A DNA stretch of 64,000 nt, taken from NCBI GenBank assembly GCA_012517825.1, contig JAAYUG010000137.1:2941-66940 (forward strand), in the 5' to 3' direction. The translations under genes and the position numbers were made by a program. The DNA is from Bacteroidales bacterium (GTDB taxonomy: Bacteria; Bacteroidota; Bacteroidia; Bacteroidales; JAAYUG01). Shown one piece after another: positions 45,821 to 55,919 of this stretch (position 1 is its first letter; each line of letters begins with the position of its first letter). Below the pieces are notes generated by a model. It was not told the origin of the DNA and did no database searches. It was given only the letters and a program-made list of their open reading frames with translations.

Positions 45821-47941
45821 TTACTTTTCCATCCCTGCCAGTTTCAGAAGGAAGGTATATTCCATAGCCGTCAGCTTGTATTTTTCATATCGTCCGGAAC
45901 TGCCGGAATGGCCTGCATCCAGATTGCAGTAAAACAGGATCGGATTGGAATCTTTTTTCAGGGATCGCAGACGTGCCACCCATTTGGCCGGTTCCCAGTA
46001 AGGCACCTGGGTATCATACAATCCGGCGGTTACAAACATCGCGGGATACTTTCCGGCTGTGACATTGTCATAAGGAGAATACGAACGAATATAATCGTAA
46101 TATTCCTTTATGCGCGGATCGCCCCATTCTTCATATTCAGAAGTGGTAAGCGGCAATGACTCATCAAGCATATCGGTAAGAACATCTACAAAAGGAACCC
46201 CTGCAAGAACCCCCTTGAACAAATCAGGTCGTGTATTGACCACCACTCCCATCAGCAATCCGCCGGCACTTCGCCCCTGAGCAAAAAGTCGGTCAGAGCT
46301 TGTATATCCTTTTTCAATCAGAAATTCGGCACAACGAATGAAATCACGGAAAGTGTTTTGTTTTTGGAGCAGTTTCCCTTCCTCGTACCAGCTTCGCCCC
46401 ATTTCTTCTCCACCCCGCACATGAGCAATGGCATACACAAACCCTCTGTCGAGCAAACTCAGCCGCTGGTACTGAAAATCAGGCTCTGTTGAAATACCAT
46501 AAGCACCATAGCCGTATAGCAGGAGGGGCATGTTTTCTTTCTTTTTATCTGTCCTGTAAACAAGAGAAAGAGGAATCATGCGGCTGTCAGGCGCCGGAAC
46601 ATAAAAACGCTCCACAGTGTAATGCGAAGGATCAAATGCTCCATACACTTTGTCCTGCTTGAGCATGAACCTCTGGCCGGTTTCCATGTCAAATTCATAT
46701 ACCGTTGCAGGTGTTGCCAGGGAAGAATACGTATACCGCACCCGCTTTGTATCAAGCCGAAAGTTCGAAGAAAGGGAAGCGGAATAAGCTTCATCATCAA
46801 GGGGAATTTCACGAAACTCCATGGTATTCAACGGAGTAAAACGAAACCTGACCAGACCTTTGTTTCTTTCCTGCAACACCAGGTAATTGTCGAAAACTTC
46901 AAATCCTTCAAGCAAAACAGAATCATTTCCCGGCACCAGTTCCTTCCATCTCTCAGGAGGGTTACCAGGCAGGGCTGATTGCATGAGGCAAAAATTCTCA
47001 GCCTTATAATTTGTGCGGATAAAACAGGTATTCCCAACCGGCTCTATGTCGTATTCCAGCCCCTGGATGCGCGGAGAAAATAAATGGAAATCTCCCTGCG
47101 GACGATTCGAAGGAAGCAACCGGTATTCGCTGGTAGTTTTTGAAACAGATCCAATAATTAAATATTCTTCTGATTTTGAATTAAATACAAAGGTGTTAAA
47201 GGTCGGATCCTTCTCTTCAAATACCAGTTTGTCAGAGGAAGCCGGAGTGCCCAGAGTGTGGCGCATAATCCGGTTGGAGCGGACCGTAACCGGATCAACG
47301 GCTCCGTAAAAAAGGGTTTTATTGTCCGAAGCCCAGGCAGCAAAACCATTGGTTCCTGGTATTTCTTCAGAAAGGTTTTTACCGCTGAACAAATCTTTAA
47401 CATAGAGAATGTAACTGCGCCCGCCCAGTGTATCAGCCGCGTAAGCCAGCAAACGCGCATCAGGGCTTACTGTCAGTCCTGCTACGGAATAAAATTTATG
47501 GCCGCGGGCAAGTTCGTTTACATCCAGAATGATCTCCTCACGTGCTCCTTCTGTGTTTTTTTTCCGGCAATAGACCGGATATTCATCATCACCCATAAAG
47601 CGCTGATAATACATATACCCGTGAAGCAGATACGGTACACTTGTATCGTTCCGGGGCACCCTTGAAACTATTTCTCCGTATAGCTTCATCTTCAGTTTCT
47701 CGAGGGGTTTAAACCAGAATCCGGTATAGGCATTTTCAGCTTCAAGATACGCTATCACCTCGGGATTGTCCCTTTCTTTTAGCCAGAAATATTCATCCGT
47801 TCTGGTATAGCCATGTTCATGAAAGACTACAGGCTTTTTCTGCGCTACCGGTGGCTGCATCGAACTGTGCCGGCATGAGGAAACCAGCAAAACGGAAGCA
47901 AAATTGACCAATACCAGAAAAAAATGGAAGGTTTTATGCAT
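45821..47941 (-). CDS. S9A serine peptidase, oligopeptidase B (protease II)-like
   Basis: N-terminal beta-propeller region. Catalytic motifs GRSAGGLLMG (Ser) and ..DAGHSG.. (His) in the C-terminal alpha/beta-hydrolase domain. Signal peptide or lipobox at the N-terminus. Confidence 0.85.
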   Translation of the reverse strand: MHKTFHFFLVLVNFASVLLVSSCRHSSMQPPVAQKKPVVFHEHGYTRTDEYFWLKERDNPEVIAYLEAENAYTGFWFKPLEKLKMKLYGEIVSRVPRNDTSVPYLLHGYMYYQRFMGDDEYPVYCRKKNTEGAREEIILDVNELARGHKFYSVAGLTVSPDARLLAYAADTLGGRSYILYVKDLFSGKNLSEEIPGTNGFAAWASDNKTLFYGAVDPVTVRSNRIMRHTLGTPASSDKLVFEEKDPTFNTFVFNSKSEEYLIIGSVSKTTSEYRLLPSNRPQGDFHLFSPRIQGLEYDIEPVGNTCFIRTNYKAENFCLMQSALPGNPPERWKELVPGNDSVLLEGFEVFDNYLVLQERNKGLVRFRFTPLNTMEFREIPLDDEAYSASLSSNFRLDTKRVRYTYSSLATPATVYEFDMETGQRFMLKQDKVYGAFDPSHYTVERFYVPAPDSRMIPLSLVYRTDKKKENMPLLLYGYGAYGISTEPDFQYQRLSLLDRGFVYAIAHVRGGEEMGRSWYEEGKLLQKQNTFRDFIRCAEFLIEKGYTSSDRLFAQGRSAGGLLMGVVVNTRPDLFKGVLAGVPFVDVLTDMLDESLPLTTSEYEEWGDPRIKEYYDYIRSYSPYDNVTAGKYPAMFVTAGLYDTQVPYWEPAKWVARLRSLKKDSNPILFYCNLDAGHSGSSGRYEKYKLTAMEYTFLLKLAGMEK

Positions 47942-48035
47942 AAACCGGGGTTCGAATCCCGAATAAAGTTATAAAAAAAGATATTCCGGTGTAATGTTGA
48001 TTGACAGAGCAAATAATTCCTTTGACAGGAGGGTA

Positions 48036-49835
48036 TTATTTTACCATGAAGGCAACCGCAAGTGAACCGGGTCCTGCATGAACACCAATAACAGGAGAAA
48101 TATCCATAACAGCCAGAGGATCCCTTCCGGTTACTTCAACCATCTGGTCAGCCATCCACCGTGCATCCGTTTCACAATGTGCATGCAGAATCATGTATTC
48201 GTCAAGTTCCTGCCGTGAAAGCTCATCCTTTGCCAGTTGAATTACCCTCTGCATGTTGCTTTTCATGGTAAAGGTTTTTTCCAGCATATAGATTTTCCCT
48301 TCCTTGTCGAAAGATATAATAGGGTGCATGTGCAGAAGGTTTGCCAGAAATCCTTTCATTTTGGTCACTCTTCCGCCTCTGACCAGATATTTAAGGGTTC
48401 TGACGCTGACCAGAAGACGTGTTTTATCAACCCACTGCGGTATATGAGCAGCAATTTCATCATGTTCTTTTCCTTCTTCAATGGATCTGGCAATCTTCAG
48501 AACAGTCAGACCAAGGCCACCGGAAACATTTCTTGAATCAAACACAGAAATTTTCTTCCCGGTTTCCCGGCTTATTCTTTCAGCTGCCATTAGTGAACTG
48601 TGCAATGTTCCGCTCAGTTTTCCGACCACATGAACAGCAATAATGCTGTCATAATGGCTGGCAAGATGGGAATAAAGGTTCTCAAAAGCTTTGTCATTGG
48701 GCTGAGCCGACCTGGGGAAATGTTCCTCCAGGTCCAGCATACGATAAAATTGTTCCGGATGAATGGTAACTTTATCCAGATAATGGTTTTCGCCAAAAAA
48801 GAGGTTGATAGGAACAAGATGGATCTGGTAGAAATCGATCAGGTCCTGCGGCAGGTCACAGGAGGAATCGGCAACCAGGGCAATTTTCCATTTGCGGTGA
48901 TGGGCAATTTCATATTGTTTCTGCATATCATCCGCTTTCTGAAATATTAAGGTGCCAAAGGAACGGAGTTCCTCAAAAAGCTTCTGAGGATCGTCGGTAT
49001 GGATATGCAACCGGAGGGTTTTTGAAGAACCGGCAATCACCATGCTGTCGCCAAAGCCTCTGACAATCTCTCTCAGTTTGTCTTTATCGAGTGATTCTCC
49101 TTTGATGAGGGCCTCCGTACAAAAGCGATAGGTCAGCGAACCATGATCGTCAGAACCAACCGGCAGGACAACCGGATCACTTTCCAGCAAAGAACGCAAT
49201 GCTCTGACATTTCCGGTTTTGATAAATTCCAGAATTCCTTCCAGAAACAGAACGAACCCCTTTGCTCCTGCATCCACAACATTCACATGGGTTAACTGAC
49301 GCATCCGCTGTGCGGTAGCCACCAGCGATTCATGCGCCGCATCCATGGAAGATGCGATCAGCTTTTTGAAATCATCAAAGTAACTATGGTTGCTGTAAAT
49401 ATAATCAGCCCAGTCTCTTATCACACTCAGCATGGTGCCTTCCACCGGATTGGCAACTGCCTCGTACATGTACTGCACCGAGCGGTTGACTGATTCGGCA
49501 AAAGCCTGCAACGAAATCTTCTCAACATCCCTTGTTTCGTTGCTTAACCCATAGAGAAACTGAGCGAAGATAACTCCGGAGTTGCCTCTGGCCCCTATCA
49601 ATGCAGCGGCTGCTATTGCGTCGGCTGTTTGTTTGTATGACGAAGCAGGAGAAATACTTTCAATAATGGTTCTGATTGTAGAGGCCATATTGCTGCCTGT
49701 ATCAGCATCCGGAACGGGAAAAACATTGATTTTATTGAGTTCTCCCTGCCCGTCCAGAAGGCTTCGCGCTCCAGCAAGGAAAGAATAGTACAGCCCCTTG
49801 CCGTCGAGATATGCTAATTTGGAAGAATTGTCCAT
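48036..49835 (-). CDS. Dak2 (DhaL/FakA-like) domain fused to a full DegV (FakB-like) domain
   Basis: N-terminus ..NVFPVPDADTGSNM.. (Dak2 phosphate-binding). Middle ..YRFCTEALI...GDSMVIAGSSKTLRLHIHTDDP.. (FakA central domain). C-terminal 280 aa KIALVADSSCDLP...SAQPN...LSGTLHSS...SVRTLKYLVRGGRV.. is a complete DegV pattern. Confidence 0.85.
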   Translation of the reverse strand: MDNSSKLAYLDGKGLYYSFLAGARSLLDGQGELNKINVFPVPDADTGSNMASTIRTIIESISPASSYKQTADAIAAAALIGARGNSGVIFAQFLYGLSNETRDVEKISLQAFAESVNRSVQYMYEAVANPVEGTMLSVIRDWADYIYSNHSYFDDFKKLIASSMDAAHESLVATAQRMRQLTHVNVVDAGAKGFVLFLEGILEFIKTGNVRALRSLLESDPVVLPVGSDDHGSLTYRFCTEALIKGESLDKDKLREIVRGFGDSMVIAGSSKTLRLHIHTDDPQKLFEELRSFGTLIFQKADDMQKQYEIAHHRKWKIALVADSSCDLPQDLIDFYQIHLVPINLFFGENHYLDKVTIHPEQFYRMLDLEEHFPRSAQPNDKAFENLYSHLASHYDSIIAVHVVGKLSGTLHSSLMAAERISRETGKKISVFDSRNVSGGLGLTVLKIARSIEEGKEHDEIAAHIPQWVDKTRLLVSVRTLKYLVRGGRVTKMKGFLANLLHMHPIISFDKEGKIYMLEKTFTMKSNMQRVIQLAKDELSRQELDEYMILHAHCETDARWMADQMVEVTGRDPLAVMDISPVIGVHAGPGSLAVAFMVK

Positions 49836-50095
49836 TGAAAAAAATGCGCTAAATGATCCGGTGCAAAGGTGGCTTATTTTGCCGATATTATCATACGGTA
49901 AATTTAATCTTAAACAAACAAAAATTCAGTTGGTTCACGTGCATCCAATTAATCCACATTGAGCATCAAAAACTGCGCAATATACCTCAGGAACCTCTTT
50001 CACTGCGTTTCAGCGGGGTTAACCCGGATACCTCCGTTAAAGGCCAACCCACTGCGCATTAGCACGCTTGCTCTCCTGATATACGCAATCCGGGT

Positions 50096-51283
50096 CTATT
50101 CCACAGAAAGTACAAGCCCCTTAAGATATTCTCCTTCAGGGTGATAGATATTAACCGGGTGATCGGGAGGCTGGCTTAACTGGTATAATATACGCACCTG
50201 TCGCTTACTTATGGCCGCTGCCGTAAACACTGTTTTCCGGAAAGCATCCCTGCTCACAACCTGAGAACAGGAAAAGGTAAACAGAATACCTCCCGGCTGA
50301 ATAACAGAAAATGCTTTGGCATTCAGGCGCTTATACCCCTGAAGGGCATTGTGAAGCACTTCGTTGTGTTTTGCAAAAGCCGGAGGGTCAAGAATGATCA
50401 TATCATATTTGTTGCCGGCCGACCCTAAGTATTCAAAAGCATCAGCCACGATCCCTGCATGCCGCGGATCTTTCCCGAAATTTAACTCCACATTTCTGTT
50501 GGCCAGTTCAATAGCCTGACGTGAGCTGTCAACTGTATGAACCAGTTTCGCTCCGCCTCTCATGGCATACACAGAAAAACCACCGGTATAGCCAAACAAA
50601 TTCAGAACATTTTTCCCTCTGGAAAGGCTACCTGCCAGTTGTCTGTTTTCCCGCTGGTCGAGAAAAAATCCTGTTTTCTGACCGCCCGGAATATCCACCA
50701 GAAATTTATTATCTGATTCCAGGGTAATGCATTCGTCCGATGAACCTTCCATGAATCCGTCTTTCTCTTTCAGCGGGAAATGATAGGGAAGCGCCGATTC
50801 ACTTTTATCGTAAATGGCCGAAATACGGCTTCCAAGCACTTCTGTGAATGCATCTGCAAGCAACCTGCGAATCAGGTACATTCCGGCAGAATGCATCTGC
50901 AATACAAGCGTACGGCCATATACATCAGCAATTAATCCGGGCAGGCCATCTCCTTCCCCGTGCACAAGCCGGTACATGGTGGTATGATCATTATCGGCCA
51001 GGCCAAGATCTTTCCGGATTTTCCAGGCACGTTCAATTTTATCAGCAAAGAAGCTTTTATCTAATTCGGCAGGGGTGAATGACAGTATTCTGACGGCAAT
51101 TGTTCCCGTCTGATAATGCCCTATGCCCAGGAAATGATCCTTGTTATCATAAACCTCAACAATCTGACCCTCAGCCACCGTACCGGTTACTTTCTTGATT
51201 GCCCCCGAAAATACCCAGGGATGATACCTGAGCAGAGAAGCGTCCTTGCCTGATTTCAGAATGATTCTGGGATGTGGTGTCAT
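50096..51283 (-). CDS. rlmI: Class I SAM-dependent rRNA methyltransferase, RlmI/RlmK-like (PUA + MTase)
   Basis: N-terminal ..LKSGKDASLLRYHPWVFSGAI.. (PUA-like), ..GQKTGFFLDQRENR.. and SAM motif ..VLNLFGYTGGFSV.. Confidence 0.8.
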   Translation of the reverse strand: MTPHPRIILKSGKDASLLRYHPWVFSGAIKKVTGTVAEGQIVEVYDNKDHFLGIGHYQTGTIAVRILSFTPAELDKSFFADKIERAWKIRKDLGLADNDHTTMYRLVHGEGDGLPGLIADVYGRTLVLQMHSAGMYLIRRLLADAFTEVLGSRISAIYDKSESALPYHFPLKEKDGFMEGSSDECITLESDNKFLVDIPGGQKTGFFLDQRENRQLAGSLSRGKNVLNLFGYTGGFSVYAMRGGAKLVHTVDSSRQAIELANRNVELNFGKDPRHAGIVADAFEYLGSAGNKYDMIILDPPAFAKHNEVLHNALQGYKRLNAKAFSVIQPGGILFTFSCSQVVSRDAFRKTVFTAAAISKRQVRILYQLSQPPDHPVNIYHPEGEYLKGLVLSVE

Positions 51284-51295
51284 GGAAGATGGTGA

Positions 51296-51892
51296 TTAGT
51301 ATTTTGTCCCGTGGCTGTTCAATTTTTTCCAGATGGCATAACAAACCCACGCATCAGTTGCTGCATAAAGAACCTGCGATTCCGTAAGAACCGGATTTTC
51401 CCAGTTGGTTACCTGCTGCGACTTGGAAATCCTGACACCCAAAACAATAGCCGCCAGCTTCCTGAGTCCCTGTGCCGTAATACCATATTGCGAAACAATT
51501 TTCTGCAGGTCAATCATGTTGCGGGGCTCAAAAGGTTGCAGGGCATGCAGTGAATGAAGATCATCGCGCAATGCCAGGCCTATTTTTACAATTTCAGGAT
51601 TTTCCAGAACAGCAACCAGTTCCCGGGGAAGGCCAATACGTGAAAGGCGAAAAAGCCATGCCTGCTTGTCGGTGGCAAGCTGCAGGAGAGATACTTTATT
51701 GCGTCGGCCCTTTTTGAAGGAGGGTTTTGTTTCGGTATCAAACCCCAGGACAGATTCCCGTCTGACCATAGCGATTGCTCTCTGAAAATCAGCGTAGTCC
51801 GACACAACAAATACATCCCCCCTGAACATCTCCAGAGGCAGCTTCTTAATTTCTTCTGCTGTTATATCGGGCAGGTAATCTTCCATGAACAA
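51296..51892 (-). CDS. 3'-5' exonuclease domain protein (RNase D/WRN-exo-like)
   Basis: ..VLGFDTETKP......VSLLQLAT....LFRL.. and ..YAATDAWVC.. are DEDDy exonuclease motifs. Confidence 0.8.
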   Translation of the reverse strand: MFMEDYLPDITAEEIKKLPLEMFRGDVFVVSDYADFQRAIAMVRRESVLGFDTETKPSFKKGRRNKVSLLQLATDKQAWLFRLSRIGLPRELVAVLENPEIVKIGLALRDDLHSLHALQPFEPRNMIDLQKIVSQYGITAQGLRKLAAIVLGVRISKSQQVTNWENPVLTESQVLYAATDAWVCYAIWKKLNSHGTKY

Positions 51893-51930
51893 AAAATCCG
51901 GCGGACAAAAATACAGGATCCGGGGAAATT

Positions 51931-52745
51931 TTATCCGTTTTTCTTAACAATCCTTACAATCCAAACATCCTGGCGTGGAATACCATTCTCCCTGATGCCG
52001 GGATAATGGGCAAGAACCTGATGATCTTTGACCAGTTGCCTGACAAATGAAGGGGGCTGGAAAGCTGCAAAGGTGCGATGACCTTCCTTCGTTCCGGCTT
52101 TCATTACAAGCTCTCCCCTGTCAAACAACTTTTTCTCACTCTCAGTGAGCTTCTCTTTTTAAATACTTCTCCGTGAACAGTAAAAAAAAGAATGCCACCA
52201 TTCTTTGCCACTCTCTCCAGTTCAGCAAACCATGCATAATGACTTCGCAGCGACAGATGGGTAAATACCGAAATGGAATAAATTATATCAAAGAATCCTT
52301 CAGGAAAGGGTAAGGGAGGTTCCAGATCATTTGTCTGGAAGTTAATGTTATTCAGATTCTTCCTGCACCATGCAATATATTTCGGGTTATAGTCGGTAGC
52401 ATAAAACTGACAGGAAGAGGGCAAAAGAGCTGGTAAATGACGTATAACACGCCCGGGACCGCACCCCCACTCCAGTATCTTCTTGTTGTCAAACGGTTCA
52501 AATGCGGCAATGTTTGATATAAGCCATTGCGCAGTATCCCGGCTTTTCGAGTAGAAGCTCTCGTAATTCAGATTAAACGTTTCGTAAACGTAATAGGCCG
52601 GAGGCAATACAACCCCTGGATACTTCCTGCGAAATGCCCGTCGCGAGCGGAATGTTCCGGCATAGTGGATCAAAAAACGAACAAAATCAGCAATTTGAAT
52701 TAACCCCAATCGTCTCAGAAAGGATGAAACAACATATTTATTCAT
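51931..52745 (-). pseudogene. Class I SAM-dependent methyltransferase with a 1-nt frameshift in an A-run
   Basis: Upstream ORF (52104..52745) has SAM motif I ILEWGCGPGR and ends ..FTVHGEVFKKRSSLRV... The adjacent frame continues from 52158 as KEKLTESEKKLFDRGELVMKAGTKEGHRT.. down to 51931. Adding one A to the minus-strand run TTTAAAAAG (plus 52155-52163) restores a single protein of about 271 aa. Confidence 0.75.
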
Positions 52746-52775
52746 GCAATCACTTAATTTATTCTTCCTAAAAAC

Positions 52776-53567
52776 TCAAAGGATCACTCGTTTAACCAAC
52801 TGCAGCGCGTGGGTAATTTGCTTCCTTTCAGCAGAAAAAATCCCTCTTTCGTCAATGGTATCGATCCGTACCTTTCCTGAGGCATGGATAAACCGGCCGT
52901 TATCCAGAAAAATTCCGGTGTGGGTAATCTTTCCCGGAGCGGGTCCGAAAAAGGCAATGTCGCCGGTCCTGGCCTCCCTCAGCGAAATGGTTTTTCCGAT
53001 CTGAGCCTGCTGACTGGCATCACGCGGAAGCCTGATTCCTGCCGTTTTGAAAACAACCTGGACAAAACCTGAGCAATCAACTCCAAAAAGCGATCTTCCA
53101 CCCCACAAATAGGGTGCATTGAGAAACAGCATGGCAGTGAGTGGAACCTGAGCAAGCGGATTCAACGTTCCGTCATTGGTAACCAATGGTCCGGCTGATT
53201 GAAAGGTCTTGCCCCCCAGCACAAAGGAATTGTCCCTAAAAGCCGGCAAGGAACTTCCGGGCAAAATCATGAACGGATGATCAGAATATTCTTCCGGAAC
53301 AAGGAAGGCAGGTCTGGTCAGCGTTTTGCTCCCCTCCGCAAGATACCGGTATTCTTTCCCGGTAATTAAATGCACTGCTGAACCGGAAATCCATCCTATG
53401 TAATCGTCATATTCAGCAGAAACCTGATACCATCCCTGCTCTGAGCCCAACACATGGTAGAGTTCTCCAAAAAGAAACATACTGACCATCTCTGACTTCT
53501 CATCGGGAAAAGCACGCAAGGGAAGACAGCTTACCGCACAGACTCCATATTTTCTCTCACCAGTCAA
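52776..53567 (-). CDS. NlpC/P60 (C40) cell-wall peptidase with N-terminal SH3-like domains
   Basis: ..YLWGGRSLFGVDCSGFVQVVF.. (catalytic Cys) and ..HTGIFL..GRFIHAS (His). Confidence 0.85.
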   Translation of the reverse strand: MTGERKYGVCAVSCLPLRAFPDEKSEMVSMFLFGELYHVLGSEQGWYQVSAEYDDYIGWISGSAVHLITGKEYRYLAEGSKTLTRPAFLVPEEYSDHPFMILPGSSLPAFRDNSFVLGGKTFQSAGPLVTNDGTLNPLAQVPLTAMLFLNAPYLWGGRSLFGVDCSGFVQVVFKTAGIRLPRDASQQAQIGKTISLREARTGDIAFFGPAPGKITHTGIFLDNGRFIHASGKVRIDTIDERGIFSAERKQITHALQLVKRVIL

Positions 53568-53642
53568 CTTTTATTGTATTTTTGTAATAACAATGATACA
53601 AAAATCCCGGGGATCTTACCATACCTGTGCCGAGTGAAGAAG

Positions 53643-55769
53643 ATGAATGAAAAACAAAAAGAATCGCTGAAGCGCATTTTGCTTTACCTGGCTGCTGCGG
53701 TTATTTTGTTTTTCCTTTTCCCTTCGGCAGGAAAATTCAAGTATGAATACCAGAAAGGAAGGCCATGGATGCATGAAACACTGATTGCACCCTTCGATTT
53801 TCCCATTTATAAAACACAGCAGGAAATTGAACAGGAGAGGGACAGCATTTTGCAATTATTTTCTCCTTATTTTCAGTTAGATACAAGCATAGCATACCAG
53901 CAATCTGCCCGTCTGGATTCGTCGTTCACAAAAATATTTTCTCAGGCAGTTACAAAAATGGTTGAGGAGAAACTGGTTCCAAGCTACCTGAAACAAGAAC
54001 TTCTTATGCAGGAAAACGATTTTCGGACAGCAGTGCTTCATTCGCTCAGATCAATTTATAATCAGGGAATTGTTTCCAGTGTCGAATGGAATAAGAATCA
54101 ATTCAAACAAAGCAAAACCATACAGATAATCCGCAACAACGTTTCTTCACAGGTAGCTTTCAATTCTCTTTATACTGAAGTTTCGGCCTACCGATACCTT
54201 ATTGGTAATGTAAGGGAGCAACCCGGGCTGAAAGCATATAGTGCCGACCAGACCGAGCAACTGCTGCACTTCATGAACCTTAATGAATATATTACCGGCA
54301 ACCTGTTTTATGATGCAAGAAAGACGGAACTGGAAAGAAAAAGCCTGGTGTCTAACATCTCCCTAACCGAAGGAATGGTGCTCGAAGGAGAACGGATTAT
54401 ATCAAAAGGAGAAATAGTTAGCGATGAAAAATTCAAAATTCTTGAGTCTTTGCGCATAGAATACAACCAAAGGGTAGGAATTACCGGACACAAGATATTG
54501 CTGCTTCTCGGACAGTTTATTTTAAGCATCCTTTCGGTTCTGATGATTTTTTTGTTTCTGCAGAGTTTCCGTAAAGAGGTATTCGGCAATCAGCTGAAAA
54601 CCCTGTTCATCCTTTTCATTATTCTTTTCATGAGTGCTCTCACCAGGCTGGTAATCAGCTATTCACAGCTGAGCGTATATGTAATACCGTTTGCTCTGAT
54701 TGCCATTATTGTAAAAACTTTTTACGACAGCCGGATAGCTTTATTCATCCTGATCACAACCCTTTTTATAACGGCATTCTGGGTTCCCAATGCATTCGAA
54801 TTTGTTTTCATGAACTTTGTTGCAGGAATTGTAGCCATTTTCTCTCTTTCCAACCAATACCGCCGGGGTAAATTGTTTATTACTTCCGTTCTCGTACTGC
54901 TGGCCTATACAGTTGTTTTTGCAGGTATCAGTCTTCTGGAAGAAGGACGCTGGAACTCCGTATCATGGGGAGAGCTCTTCTGGTTTACCGGAAACAGTTT
55001 ACTGCTCCTTTCCGCCTATCCCCTCATGTTCATTTTTGAAAAGACGTTTGGATTTCTTTCTGATGCTTCGCTGACCGAACTTTCTGACACCAATCAGCCG
55101 CTGTTGCGCCAGCTGGCAGAACTGGCCCCCGGCACGTTTCAGCACTCCCTTCAGGTAGCGAATCTGGCCGAAGATGCTGTCCGCCATATCGGCGGAAATG
55201 CACTCCTGGTGCGCACCGGTGCATTGTATCATGATATCGGGAAAATGGAAAACCCGCTTTATTTTATTGAAAACCAAACCCCTGGCACCAATATCCACGA
55301 ACATTTCGACGCTGCAGAAAGCGCCAGGATTGTTATCAGCCACGTTGAAAATGGCCTTCTTCTGGCAAGAAAGAATGGCCTTCCTGAACAGATATCCGAT
55401 TTTATTTCAACCCATCACGGCACCACTCTCGCTCGTTATTTTTACTATACCTGGCTGAAAAACAACAAGGAAGAAAGCAATTCAGAGCATTTGTTCCGCT
55501 ATCCAGGGCCACGTCCCTTTTCTAAGGAAACCGCTGTTGTAATGATGGCAGATGCCGTGGAAGCCGCCTCAAGAAGCCTGACAAAAGTTGATGAATCCTC
55601 TCTTACAGCACTCGTTAACGAAATTATTGATCAGCAAATGCATGAAGAGCAATTCAATGACGCTGATATAACCTTCAAAGATATCACTACCATAAAAAAT
55701 GTATTTATTCAGCGCCTACGGAATATTTATCATGCCCGGATTGCTTACCCCAAAAGGCCTCTGAAATGA
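53643..55769 (+). CDS. 7TM receptor with intracellular HD/HDIG hydrolase domain (PgpH/YqfF family)
   Basis: Extracellular N-domain, seven TM helices (about aa 290-480), then HD motifs ..HSLQVANLAE.. and ..LYHDIGK... Start set to ATG 53643. Confidence 0.85.
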   Translation: MNEKQKESLKRILLYLAAAVILFFLFPSAGKFKYEYQKGRPWMHETLIAPFDFPIYKTQQEIEQERDSILQLFSPYFQLDTSIAYQQSARLDSSFTKIFSQAVTKMVEEKLVPSYLKQELLMQENDFRTAVLHSLRSIYNQGIVSSVEWNKNQFKQSKTIQIIRNNVSSQVAFNSLYTEVSAYRYLIGNVREQPGLKAYSADQTEQLLHFMNLNEYITGNLFYDARKTELERKSLVSNISLTEGMVLEGERIISKGEIVSDEKFKILESLRIEYNQRVGITGHKILLLLGQFILSILSVLMIFLFLQSFRKEVFGNQLKTLFILFIILFMSALTRLVISYSQLSVYVIPFALIAIIVKTFYDSRIALFILITTLFITAFWVPNAFEFVFMNFVAGIVAIFSLSNQYRRGKLFITSVLVLLAYTVVFAGISLLEEGRWNSVSWGELFWFTGNSLLLLSAYPLMFIFEKTFGFLSDASLTELSDTNQPLLRQLAELAPGTFQHSLQVANLAEDAVRHIGGNALLVRTGALYHDIGKMENPLYFIENQTPGTNIHEHFDAAESARIVISHVENGLLLARKNGLPEQISDFISTHHGTTLARYFYYTWLKNNKEESNSEHLFRYPGPRPFSKETAVVMMADAVEAASRSLTKVDESSLTALVNEIIDQQMHEEQFNDADITFKDITTIKNVFIQRLRNIYHARIAYPKRPLK

Positions 55770-55919
55770 TTTTGCCCCACCGGTGAGAAAAAAGAGGCTG
55801 TTTCTTTGCTACCTATTGTGCACCAGGATCCGTAACTATTTATCTATCAAACAACTAACCGGCGTGCAAATAAAGTTCCCGCCCGAGATGACGCAAAAAG
55901 CAACGCAGAAACATTCCCG

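Noticed and set aside
47944-47965. The tRNA T-arm-like string GGTTCGAATCC just upstream of the S9 peptidase start; possible tRNA gene or att-site remnant.
   Set aside because: The flanking bases cannot form a 5-bp T stem (CGGGG versus CCCGA). No acceptor, D or anticodon arms can be drawn, and the 5' part would lie inside the peptidase CDS. There are no mobile-element genes nearby.
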